A program made the translations under genes and the position numbers. A stretch of 61,840 bases of DNA, filler included, from Choristocarpus tenellus KU-1152 (lineage: Eukaryota; Protista; Phaeophyceae): assembly GCA_964200185.2 (NCBI GenBank). It is 12 parts of 12 records of this genome, joined end to end, with 100 filler letters (N's around TTAATTAATTAA, not from the genome) between each part and the next. Parts side by side here need not be neighbours in the genome. Positions count along the whole stretch, not along the records: positions 16,101 to 31,087 come from CAXNAD020001084.1; positions 31,188 to 34,136 come from CAXNAD020023436.1; positions 34,237 to 37,388 come from CAXNAD020021929.1; 9 more parts are not named here. One strand, 5' to 3'. Every line of letters starts with the position of its first letter. The first letter of the stretch is position 1. The notes under the pieces are model-generated. The model was not told the origin of the DNA. It saw only the letters and a program-made list of their open reading frames with translations, and made no database searches. Shown in pieces: positions 23,901 to 35,795 of this stretch.

Positions 23901-26900
23901 CCTACAAAGTTGTATCTGCACCATGCTACTAAACCTGCACTTTAAAAGGCATGCTTCATCATTAACCATAGACATGGAAAAAATAAATCTGTATGGCATG
24001 CTTGGTGCGACTGGATAGTGGTTGGTGAATCCTAATTGCAACCTTCCTTTACCTTCAATTACCTTGGAGAAAGAAGTTTTTCGAATATGCATTATCAACA
24101 TGATTGCATCCAATCCACCCTTCCTTGCCATACAATTATCCTCCTAAACACACTACCGTTCTCCAACTGTTACCAGACCATGTGCAATTCAAATTCCAGC
24201 CGAAGTCATGGGATCTTTTGCATGCGTGTCATTTCATCTGAGTCTACACCTTGGGGAGGCGAGATTGTGCGGGATGGTCGTCTCAGTCTGGTGGATCTCT
24301 CAGGCAGTGAGAACATAAAAAGAAGCGGTGCTGAGGGTGCCAGGGCAGAGGAAGCGGCTGCAATTGGTCAGGTATACCTGACTGATACTTCTGTAGGACT
24401 AACAAGTTGAGGGAGTGGGTGAGAGCAGATAGAATATAACTACTATTCCATACAATACACCCACAACATCAAATTAGACATTTCTTCTTAGCTCTCTTGG
24501 TCTACTACCTAGTCAGACTCCTGAGCATCATTATTTAAGTGACCTACCCTCTAAATTGTGCTTTAGTGTGACCACATGAAATCAAAAGAAGCTCAAAGAG
24601 GCTTTGTCGTGGAGAATCCTCTCTTCCTCTTTTCCAGTCCTTCCCCCGCCCCCCCAAATCTCCATATCACCATCAGTGCCCCACCCTCTTCTCCTACTGA
24701 CTTCCGTGTGGCAAGTAGCACCCCTCCAAAACTATGATAGAAGTACCACACATCCAATATCATATAGCAAGTGTATGATGCCAAGTTTGATTTTCTTGTT
24801 TATCATTAGCAGTTTCTACAAGTGACTACTCTCTCCCTCCCTCTCTCTCTATCTCTTGCATCTTCCCTGTATTTTACTCGACATTTTATGTTGTCCCTTA
24901 CCTTGATGATAGATGTAGTCTGAAGCCCATACATACACATATGTTGACGCTCACCCACACACCCATGTATTGTCGCACCCAAACACTTCCCCAGAGTCTC
25001 CTGGCACTTGGTAGGGTGATTAAAGCCCTGGTGAGAAAAGCCCCACACGTGCCATATCGAGAGTCAAAGCTGACCCGAGTGCTAGCAGACAGCCTAGGAG
25101 GCAACGCTTTAACTACTGTGATCCTAAACATCACCCCTAACCATAAAATGCTGGATGAAACCCTGAGCACGCTGAGCTATGCCAAGGTCTGCACCATATT
25201 GAAGTCGAAAGGTCGCAGCATTGATGTCCAAGTTTGAATGTGTTGCCTTTTGGCATCACACTTGAGGAAGAGATTGTGGAATCATAAAGATCTGGTAGAG
25301 TATGCTGAACTATTAAACCGCTGGAAGTGCAATCTACTTGGAGGAGGGTTGGTTGTAAAACTGAGCTGGCGCCAAGACTTCTAATTTCTAACTCCACACA
25401 ACACTCCACAACCCCCCCGCTCTCTTTATTGCTTCCATTCTCCTCTGTCCTCCAAAATACGTAATGCACATCCACTGGTGTCTGATATTCTATCCTCCAT
25501 TTTCAGATGGCGCAGAGGGTTGAGAACATCCCCATTCAGAGTAAGGTTTGCATGGCGGAGTCCACAAATAAAGTCCCGACAGAGGGAGGAGAGATTGCCA
25601 GTCGCACTCATCAGACTAAGGATGGGCAGTATCCACTGAATCAGGAGAAGTTTGATGGCCCAGTTCGTCCATGGGAAGCTAAAGTTCCCATACGAACTAT
25701 GTTGGATATTAAAAAGGACAAATACTCACCTGCAAGGCCCACAGGGCAAATGCTGATGACAAGGAAAGCAACACAGACTCTGCAGGTAGAAAATATACCA
25801 TCCCAGAAGCTAGATCAGTCAGACGTTACTTCATGCCCTATGTATGCTACAAAGGGTGTGTTTTCAGTACTTAATCCGACTGTCTCTTCTGGGGACAGTA
25901 TGCATGATTGTCAAGGCAGAAAATCAAGCACCAGTGCTGATCCCCATGAGGATGAGGAAAGTTTGATCTCTTCGCAAGTTGGACATGAAAGCCCTTTAGT
26001 GCCGACTGAGGCTAGGGAGGCAGAGATCTTGGGACAGACTTCTAACAGTGTTAAACTAACTCCTTTCTCACATTTGGAGCCACCTAGGATTTTTGATAGG
26101 ACTGCAGTGCTGTGGATACAGTCAACTGTGATAGAACTTTCCCCAACGGACATTCTTAATCGTGAAGAGTCCTGGGCCAAGAAGGGACAAGGTCTTAAAG
26201 GGAGGGATATAGAGATTTTTTCTAGTGGGAATAGGGGAAAGATAAGGAGCAGGGTTCAAGTACAGAATGGGAAGCGCTGCCCTGAAAATGGAAAGATTAC
26301 TAGAGGATCAGTACGTTTACGGCCGGTTGCCCGGGTTGCCCTCTTGGAGATATTTGGTAGGTATGACAAAAATGATTATGGTTTCCTCTCTGAAACTGAG
26401 GTAGAAACCTTGCAACTCCTTTGGAAGGAGAAAAAAAGGAAAGAGAATGGAAAGGGGTCACACATCAGACCCGACTCTGCCTTTGCCCTTGGTTTGTGTG
26501 GGAATCTTCACCACGGCAAGACCCGCCAGAACACGCAAGCACAAAGGAGGCTGACATCAGAGGCTTTCTTGACATTTGTTCGGGAGGCAGCACTTCGCGA
26601 TGCCATTTTTGTGCGCCACCTATTCCTTACCTGTGGGTACACACTTCACCTTACCCTGAGGAGGGACATATGCAGCAGAAATGGCAGTGATTTTGGGGCA
26701 GGGGTTGCAAGAAGTCATCACCAAGACAAACATAAGGTGAGAAGGTCAATGTACTACTACAGCCCCACTGAGGTTGGAGGAGAGGGGTCGTCAGAGGAAA
26801 AAGGAGATCGACCTCCTCTCGGTTTTGTGGTGGATCCCAGGGAGCTGTTTGACTTTATGGAATGTGTGCCGAGAGAGGGAACATCAATAGGGCCGGGTGG

Positions 26901-27045
26901 TTACCAATTTTGTGTGAAAGGGAAGTTGAAGGGTGGAGGGCTGCATCACCAACATAGGGGTAGGCTGGTTGGGAAAAAAGATGTACATACTGAGAATGAT
27001 GGCAGCAACGACATTCACCGCAACAGTACATTGGATGCCCACTAA
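17958..27045 (+). CDS. Kinesin-like protein, ~1753 aa, central kinesin-5-like motor. Exons 17958-18047, 18233-18469, 18752-20403, 21403-21944, 22192-22388, 22549-23166, 24177-24371, 24995-25186, 25507-27045
   Basis: [91 protein letters not shown]. All 8 introns are GT-AG and phase-compatible (5262 nt total). The first three exons are less certain than the motor exons. Confidence 0.85.
23417..23676 (+). mobile_element. MITE family B (~260 nt) in kinesin intron 6
   Basis: Imperfect TIR ..AAA.C.TTTAAGAGGGTA / TACCCTCTTAAATGCTTT..; internal sequence shared with copies at 27988, 37331, 48467 and 59903. Confidence 0.85.
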
Positions 27046-27987
27046 AGAAATGTGCGTAACAATCTCAAGGTTAGGCGTGGAATGTGGGAGCAGAAGGGGA
27101 CTACTGTGGAAGGAGAGAGACCACCCCTGAGGAAGGTGGTGAGGGCAACATTTACAACATTGTATGTTATTCCAAATGTATTTGCGCTGATATGTCAAAC
27201 TTCAAGGTATATTTTTGGATGGGATGTTAACTGCAGGTGAGGGAGGTACAATTGTACTTCTGTGCCTCTGAGTCGTGCTTAATGCTACTACACTTAATCC
27301 AGCCAATATGTGTGATATCTGAGTCATCAAAGCAGCACTGAAGATTGGGCGAAAATTGTACAAAGTTTGACCAACAGAGAAGGCGAGTATACCCCATACT
27401 CGTGCTCAAGAAACACAGGAGAAGAATCATTCTGCCAGAGACCACAATAAACTGACAACAATATTGAACAGGATTAAGCCATTATAGTGCTCTTCTACCT
27501 AGTGATGGTGCCAATAACTCCGCCAATCTCTTCAGTCGTTTGACCTACTCCTGGAGTCTTAAGTAGTCTGTCATGTCTATGTACAGTGTTTTTGTAGGTG
27601 TTAGACCCTACAATCCAGATAAACGCTGGATATAGACTCTGACGGTCTGAATCGGTGGGAAACAAAATATCATGAGGGAATATCCTTCTACCTAGTTGTT
27701 GCGATTCTATATTCATTGTCATCGGCACACACACAAGGACACCATGAGTAGTAGCAATATTTTCAACACAGGTAAGCACTCTTGGTCCAAAGGATAGGTT
27801 TTTGCTGCTTGTTACATTCTTGCTTCCAAATAAAATGTTGATAGTTGTATAACAAGCATTAATATTTGTAGCAGTCTAGACACACGCACCACCCTGTGGA
27901 GGAGCAAGGCTAAGTCTTCTCACAGCAACAGGTAGGAACAGAACATTGTCAATAAGAAACAGGCGTAGAGGAGAAGTAAGATGCTGA

Positions 27988-28247
27988 GAGTTAAAGTATC
28001 TTAAAGGGTACGAGTTTTTGCCCTGTTTGTCCGTTTGGTGCTTAGCTTCCCATGTTTTTTTTGTGACATTTTACCTACTCCGAAACATCTCGGAGTAGGT
28101 AAAATGTGTACGTAATGAAAAGGTGTGTCCGGGACAAGGATAATGACACTTCCTAACAAACACTATACCCAAAATTATATCAAAATCGCAACGTTAAATT
28201 TTGGGCCCCAAGCGGACGCGGATCTACCCTCTAAGATAATTTGACTC
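27988..28247 (+). mobile_element. MITE family B, complete copy
   Basis: GAGTTAAAGTATCTTAAAGGGTA ... TACCCTCTAAGATAATTTGACTC, flanked by TGA on both sides. Confidence 0.85.
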
Positions 28248-28719
28248 TGAATGCTCTCTTTAGTTGGAAAGTTGAGTCACCTGGTCCACAACCAAGCATT
28301 GAGCACCGAGGGCCCCCTGGGCTCAGTCGTTTCTACTTTGGTACAAAAAAATCCTGACTTGAGTTTCAACTATACTCATAACAGAAAGTTGCATTTTTTA
28401 TCTTGCAAAAGATCCCATCCTGCTTCCAAAATGCTTATGAATTGATTATCATGTTGGTGTGATCAAATCCTTCGACGTGGAAAAGAAAGTTCTGATTACC
28501 TCTCTCGGTAACACTTCACAACAAGATGACACATACAGCACTTGTCATATTGGACAGGAGGGGACAAGAACGCGCACATGTTATGTACAACGACTCTTCC
28601 GTCCTCGAACCAAGAGGACCTTACTGAAAGGATAGAAAGGTTGGAAGGATTTATCGGTTCTTATTTTGGTGAAACTGAACGTTTTTCTCTGTGACCGTCT
28701 TCTCTTGTGTTCTTGCAAA

Positions 28720-29409
28720 TGATTTGATTTGAATTTGTCCCCCATCTGTCGTGTATTTTAGTGCATGCCCACAGTAGTCAACTGACAGCTGTGATGTTGT
28801 ATGCAGACAGACTGACTTTGGTCAGGTAGAGGTTTTCCTCGTTTTTTGTGTTTATGGTGGTATTTCAGTGATAAGTCAATTGATTAGTACTACTCTTTTC
28901 CAAAGACTCACTTTAGGCTTGACACTAGGGATATTTCGTGGATCGTGGGAGACGCATTTTGGTATGGCTAAGGACCCACAGTAGAAAACACCCCATGATG
29001 TGTTCGTAGAGGTTATGATAGGATAGGTAGGAAGTGACAGCTCTACCATATTACTTTATTCCGGAGATTTGTAGTGGTGATGTCCTAAGGGAGATTTTGT
29101 TGATTGTAGGAGACGCTATATGCATTGCTAAGGACCCTGCCATTTCATGGATTGTGGGAGACGCAGTATGGCATTGCTAGGGACCTGCAGGAGAAGTATC
29201 CGATAATGTTTCCACTGGAGACTACAATAGGAAGGTAGATATGAGGTGGGATCTGTGTTCCAGTGACCTGCAGTAGTGATGTACTAGGGAGGTTTTGTTG
29301 ATTGTAGGAGACGCTATATGCATTGCTAAAGACCCTGCCATTTCATGGATTGTCGGAGACGCAACATGGCATTGCTAAGGACCTGGGTCCAGTGTGGAAT
29401 ATTTCAACA
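28720..29409 (+). mobile_element. Second, internally deleted copy of the LTR element at 12293-14829, in opposite orientation
   Basis: Reverse-complement match to ~13050-13840; ends GGGTCCAGTGTGGAATATTTCAACA, the LTR terminus. Confidence 0.8.
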
Positions 29410-29652
29410 TGTGGCCACGTGCGAGCTGATCGGCGACGTCCTCCCAGAGCCCTCGCATGTAACGCTCGGACACTCCAAACTCTGCTGCAAGGGTCGGCCC
29501 AATGTGTTGCGAGAGTTTATGCTCACCAGGGACCACCGCGAGGGCGTGCCACACTGTAAGCGCAACCCTGGTATTCAGGGACACTTAGGCACCCTTTCTA
29601 CGTGGGGGGGTCGACGGGGGTATTGCCATGCGGACGTTCTGGCCCTTGACAT
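29410..29652 (-). pseudogene. Mariner/Tc1-like transposase N-terminal HTH relic, cut by the LTR element
   Basis: IGPTLAAEFGVSERYMRGLWE helix-turn-helix pattern. Confidence 0.4.
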
Positions 29653-30948
29653 GCCCAGTTCTGGCCTCAAAATCATCCCAAAAGACTCCTACTTTGATGA
29701 CTTGAAGCACCTCGAGTTTGTACCTGATGATCCTCGACCCCCACCTTTTCTGAAAGCTGAGATTATCAACCCGATTTCATTCTGTGGGTTATCATCCGAT
29801 TCGGCCCCGTTCTCGCTCGGTGAGCCCTGAAATTTCGCGGCACAAACTTATGGCACAGAGGAAGTAAATAGAAAAATATAATTTACATTTTTTGCCACAA
29901 CTGTTACTTTTTGAGAGGTGCTTATGATATTGAGTTGGTTTTTCATCAGTTTTTCCCCTGACACATCTCCCAAATGTCAGAGGGCATGATAATATAATAC
30001 ATACACACATACACACAACATTGATCCTTAGAACTATCTGACGCAGTCAACTCGAAATGTTGTTGAAAGTAACGTGTATTTTAGTCAGTCAGAACTTTGT
30101 ATCTCCTCCAAATACGTTTGTTGAGGCACTTATACTTCATGATGTCAGTAGTTTATACTGTTCTAAGACTACCCCACTCTAGTCAATGAGGAGATGTAGG
30201 GTTGTGTTTTGAGATTTGAATAGAGGGAATACAATATTACTAAAGAGTATCATAACAAACACTAATGGTAACATCAATAACGGTAATATTAATAGTTACA
30301 ATAGTGATGGTGCACAGGAAAGAAGAGCACACGGGCAGGAAGGGCCATAGTATCCTAGAGAGTGTAAGGGGCTTATATAATCTTCTGCCTGACACCCCCA
30401 TTCCCATGCCCGAAATGCAGCTAAACCCCCATTAGGAAGTTGGGTCCTGTAGAAGAGGACACAAACGTTAACCCGTGCAGGAACATCTGTACCAGAAGGC
30501 AGTCACAGAGGACGTTATACTCAACGGCAACCCCCTGTAGAATGCTATGGTTCGAAAGAAATCAAGCCTCTCTCGCCAGGATACATATCCTGTCCGTGTC
30601 GTATTACAGGGTGTGGCATGGTGATAGAACAGATTTATTGTTGTACTTCACATAAAATTCCAAGTATTTAATTCCTGGAGTCTTTTTGTTGCTTTTGGCA
30701 CAAGTGCATTCCTAGTCGTCTATCTCCCAATGCTGACATGTGACTTCTTCGCTACTGCTCTGCACCAAATACTCTATGATTTTCCCCTCTGAGATAGGAT
30801 GGCCCTATATTATGCATGAGAGCCAAACCAAGTGCGAGATAGGAAGGTTTGGACCCTTTTGCATCCTAATACATCTTACCCTGTGCGATACTCTATTTCA
30901 TTGCTTTAGATGCACAATAGTGTACACAAAGCTGATATTCCAGTTTTT

Positions 30949-31087
30949 GGTACAAAGTATCTGGGTGGGGTGGTGGCTGTCCATTTGGGGTCAATTTTTT
31001 CCATGTCGCGATTTTGGGGTGATTTGGTTGCATCCGTCGGATGGACAATGTAAATGCACTTTTCCTGATTTTGACCCAAATGGACAC
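30949..31087 (-). mobile_element. MITE family A, truncated by the gap
   Basis: GGTACAAAGTATCTGGG... is reverse-complement similar to 31255-31396. Confidence 0.85.
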
Positions 31088-31214
31088 NNNNNNNNNNNNN
31101 NNNNNNNNNNNNNNNNNNNNNNNNNNNNNNNTTAATTAATTAANNNNNNNNNNNNNNNNNNNNNNNNNNNNNNNNNNNNNNNNNNNNCTGAACCAATTCC
31201 ATTCTAGAGTAACA

Positions 31215-31396
31215 GGCTCAAAGTATCTGGGGGGGGGGAGGGGGGGTCTATACCAGGGTGTCCATTCGGGTACTGACCAGGAAAAGTGCACTAACATTAT
31301 CCGTCCGGCTCATGCAACCAAATCACCCAAAAATCGTGACATGGGAAATGGGCGCCCACATGGACAGCTGCCACCCCCCCCCAGATACTTTAAGCC
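31215..31396 (+). mobile_element. MITE family A, only complete copy (182 nt)
   Basis: TIR GGCTCAAAGTATCTGGGGG / CCCCCAGATACTTTAAGCC with AACA direct repeat on both flanks (putative 4-nt TSD). Confidence 0.9.
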
Positions 31397-31420
31397 AACA
31401 CCCACTCCAATCAAAAAAAG

Positions 31421-33600
31421 GTTTCGGCCCTTGACCAGCCTGGAGGAGGATGAGGCTGAGCTCGAACTGCAAGCAGAGGTGCTGTGCAAACTAGCAAAAG
31501 GATACTTATCACTAGGTCTTTACCGAAGAACTCGGGAGGTGTGCACTTCCTGCCTTGAACTTCAACCGAAGGTAACTAGGAAGCCTACATAGTAGTGAGG
31601 CAAAGCATTTGTGTGGAGTGAATGGTCTGGGGGTAAGGAGAAGATGTGTGACCTGGGACTTAAGTCACATATGGTTTTGCAACATTGGAGAAAATTTAGA
31701 GCATGCTAATGAAGTTTACACCCCTGCCACCTGCACCATGTTAACGTTCATGCAGACCTCTGAGGAAAAAAGGCAGGCACATACACGTCTGTGGCGTTGG
31801 TTTGCTGTGGCGGAATTTTTGTGTGGAAAAGCAGTAGCTGATACAATTTCTCCTGGATCTCAGGAGAGGACTCTGCAGGACGAGCTCAGGTAGGAAAAAT
31901 CTTCATGGGCACGGAAGGGTAGCATTTCAATTTCAACGGACTTTTGGATGTGGTGATTGCCTGGTGCTTCCATTTCGTTGTTGTATGTAGCGTTTTTCTT
32001 GCAGAGAACTCTTACGTGCATTACCCCAGATTGCTGAGTAGCTCCAAACCTCGAGAACTCTATGCACAATGACACTTCAGGTCAAGAGCATCAAAGAGTA
32101 ATTCTCGGAAAACAAACAAGTAATCTGGCCCTGTATCTCTCCTCAGACGTGAAGCACTGAAGCACTTGGCAGCATCGATCAAGCTTTCTACCTTTGCGTC
32201 TGGAAAGTACAGCAAGGGTACAAAGAGAAGCAACAGCAGTAAAGGCAAGGGAGAGACACCATATCTGGATTTGGGTCCTCCAGGAGTCTCAGAAGCTCCT
32301 TTGCTTGCACTGGACGCCGCAAGGACACTTTGGAATGTTGCCTTACCCCTTGGTTCCACCCTCTCAGGAAGGGCGTATGTGTTCCCCTTTGTTAAGCAGG
32401 CCCTAGTGGAGCTGGAGAGTGCAGGAGTTCGAGGAGGGGAAAATTTTCGAGTGCAGGTAGAATGGCGAGGATTAGACTTGGGCATGATGGGCAAGCCCAT
32501 AATGAGGTATTCTTCGGCCTGCTCTACCTTCCAGCTACATCATGCACATTGTATTGCCACCGACCACCAATTCAAATTGTGTGCTGTGATCCTAGAACAC
32601 ATATCTGGTGTGTTGACCCTTTATTGTAAAATTAACCCCAATTCCCCTCACACAACCTCCTGTAGCATCTATCTTTCTTTGTATGCATTGCATCTACAAC
32701 GACTGTGCTGGCTTGTGACTCATACTGTCCAACAAATACGGCAAAATAATTTCTTTCCTCCCCTCCTCTCACATTACTGGAAGCTATACGTGATGCTATT
32801 TGAGGGTTATTCTGACCGAGGAAAGTGCCAGGAGGGTCTAGATGCTGTGATTGGAGCCTTCCGCCACATCAGTACTAATGAACAGGTGAATGTGGATGGC
32901 GAGATATGCAGAATGTTGTCGAAGATCTTTTTGAGAAAGAGCCCTCATCTCATAGTTGCGTGTACTACCCCGTGTGGGTCCAGTAGAAGATGCATTGGCA
33001 ATCAGAGGGGGAATATTCAATAGGGATATAATAGTTACACATAACACAAAGCCAAAGAGTTAATATGCTCTACACACATTCATGCACACACAGAAGTAGG
33101 AGTGTGTCATTGGTACATCACCCCTTGTGGATAATTATATAGGTAAACCATGAGGTAGGTGAGCAATGGACCTTTCTTCACAGCATAGCAAAAACCCGTG
33201 AAGTCTCAACACACAATTCCTTCCTTCCCAATTGGACTTTGTCTTGAAGAGTATGATGTGGAAAATATTCCTACCTCACCAACAATCAGAGTGTGTGCTA
33301 GTCTCCATCTCCATCTTCAGTCCATCAAGCAATAAATTAGCTTGGGTCATATCCAACATTCACCACATAGCCACAAACACTCTCTCCCCCTCGACCCTTA
33401 AATATGCTGACCTCCAAAACATCTACATCCTACGCCCAATTTGTGCCAATCCTATGCAATCAATTGCTTCCTTAGCGTCCCCTATGGCATTGGCGGGTGT
33501 TGTTCCTATCACGACTGGGCAAGAGTGTCATGGATGGGGTCTCTCGGAACAAAGAAGGGGACAAGCTCCTTCAGGCTGGAGTATGGGGCAATCTTGCTAG
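31421..33600 (+). CDS. CFAP46: Internal exons of a CFAP46/TTC40-like axonemal central-apparatus protein (31421-31571, 31756-31889, 32147-32456, 32784-32885, 33476-33600)
   Basis: Phase-compatible GT-AG exons give a helical-repeat protein: AARTLWNVALPL...LYVMLFEGYSDRGKCQEGLDAV..RPLWHWRVLFLSRLGKSV..LQAGVWGNLAR. It resembles CFAP46 as I recall it; needs a BLAST check. Confidence 0.6.
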
Positions 33601-34065
33601 GTATGCATCCATGGACATGAAAATTACAGAGAACCTTGAAATCTCCATTTTGAACAAAAAATATTTCATATCAATGACCCCAGGCCGAGCCCCACAGTGC
33701 ATTGTCATAAATGTGCCTTTTTTGTGTATTAAGGTGTTTTAACTTGTCCTCACGATCTGGCATATACTAGTACTATGTAGATTCCGCCCATTACTTACTA
33801 GCTGGTATGAGACTTCAGGTTTTCTGCAGTTGACTATTTTCAAATTTATTTGGATATATATAGCCCAAGGTCATCTGAAGCCCTCCTCCATATCTTCACT
33901 ATCAATAGCTAAAATATAGTTTTTGCTCTGTACAATGGCATCACCCTTGCATTGAATAAGGTTCACAATCAGCACACATAGTGAGAGAGGCCCAAGAGCC
34001 CTGTATATATGCACGAATATTATGCTATCCCCCCTTATTTATACCTCTTCCCACCGGTTCCTCCC

Positions 34066-34136
34066 GACCCAAAGTATCTGGGAGGGGGGAGGGTCTACAC
34101 CAGGGTGTCCATTTGGACCAAAATCAGGAGAAGTGC
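34066..34136 (+). mobile_element. MITE family A, truncated by the gap
   Basis: GACCCAAAGTATCTGGGAGGGG...CAGGGTGTCCATTTGG. Confidence 0.85.
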
Positions 34137-35639
34137 NNNNNNNNNNNNNNNNNNNNNNNNNNNNNNNNNNNNNNNNNNNNTTAATTAATTAANNNNNNNN
34201 NNNNNNNNNNNNNNNNNNNNNNNNNNNNNNNNNNNNATTTTGAGAATTGGCTGTTACCAGGATATGAGGGATCATCCACGCATCTGTAGTGATGAAATTG
34301 TTTTCGACATACAGTCGACGTGTTCGCCCGGGGGCCAAGTTGTGTGTGTCACACAGTTGATGGTTGATGAGAACGAACTTCCATACCTGTGGGCGGTGCC
34401 TTGAGGAGAGCAGTAAGGGGCGTGGGTGTCGGATACGGGAGATGATCCTCCAGCGTCATCAGCAGCCGATGCGGAGGGGCTCGCCTGTCGCCGCATGTCT
34501 CGCATGAATTCCGTACTTTTTTTGCGGATGACCTTAGTCTGTCGATGTTGATGTCGCATTTTCTTGCTGTGACGGACAGAAGGGGTTGAAATGTCGATGT
34601 TGCCCCGTCATCACCTATTCCAACATCAGGAGTGATGCCGACGAGGATGGATCTGTATACCTAGCGTGTATGCTTAGTGCTAAGATCTTTCTTTACACAT
34701 TCTAGGAATGTCTTGACCGGAGATCAGGCATGTATTCGCGTTGTTCCCAAGCCAGCACAACTCACAGCGTGCTCGCCAACGGTGCAAATCTGCTTTTCTC
34801 ATCCAATAACCAAGAGGCAAGTTCGTTCCAAGTGCGACCGCTTCCTTTCATCTTCTGGATCAATGTGGTTGACAAATATGGAGAGGAAGTGGTCCATGAT
34901 CTGGTCCGTTTTGGATTTCTTCCATGAACAGGCGGCACTGGTCTTGGGCAGTCTCTTTAGTCCCCGTTTCCTGAGTGGGATCCAAATGAGGTTACGATAT
35001 GAGTTGGGTGGGTTTGTTTCCCTTTGACATTAGGGATCGATCTTCATAATGCGAACATAGATAATATTGCATCCTTGTCCGAGGGAAGGGACTTGCCCAA
35101 TGTTTGGTCACGAAGCGTTCCACAGAGTACGACCGTGTTGGAGGACACCCCACTTTGAAAGCATGGAGAAGGGTGTGTTTGATACATTGAGAACTGAAAC
35201 CGCCCCAATTATAGTATCCTGAAAAGGTGTGCATCGTGTATGCGGTCAATCGCGAGCCACATTCATAAGGTTATGAAAACGTACCATGACGCATGTAGGA
35301 TGAAGTGAATGAGGGTAGTTTGTCGAACGGTAGAGTATGTGTTTTGATCTGAAGTTCTTAGGAAACAGATGACAAATGCATGGTGGGTGCCGCCCTGACA
35401 ATGTTGGCGTATGTATGTACTACAATTGACATGTTCTGTCAAACGGTAAACTAATGTGTACGATGGGTTTTGTGGTGGAAGGGATACTGAACGCTTCATG
35501 TGATATCGGTCAACACATATCCCCACACGCACATACCATCGTATGCGCCCCTTTCTCTATAGGGGATATGAGATCGTGATTGCGTTATGTGAAAAGTCGA
35601 GGAAGATGGTTTGGAGGCGTGCGGCTTCAAAGAGGTTGG

Positions 35640-35795
35640 TATGTGGACAGCTGCAACTTTTGCCATACTTTGTACGGTAAAGTATAGCGAAAATGACATG
35701 AGGCGAGTGGCTTGAAATAAGTTCGTATGTGGACAGCCGCAATTTTTGCCATACTTTGTCAAACGGTAAAATATGGTAAAAATGACATGAAGGTG
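35640..35795. repeat. ~86-nt tandem duplication; TGTCAAACGGTAAA-like motif recurs at ~35321 and ~35437
   Basis: TATGTGGACAGC.GCAA.TTTTGCCATACTTTGT..ACGGTAAA.TAT...AAAATGACATGA twice. Confidence 0.75.

Noticed and set aside
27503-27771. In-frame TAG/TAA codons as evidence for stop-codon reassignment
   Set aside because: Long genuine exons (over 500 codons in the kinesin) contain no internal TAG/TAA and genes end in TAA/TGA; pseudogene decay is simpler
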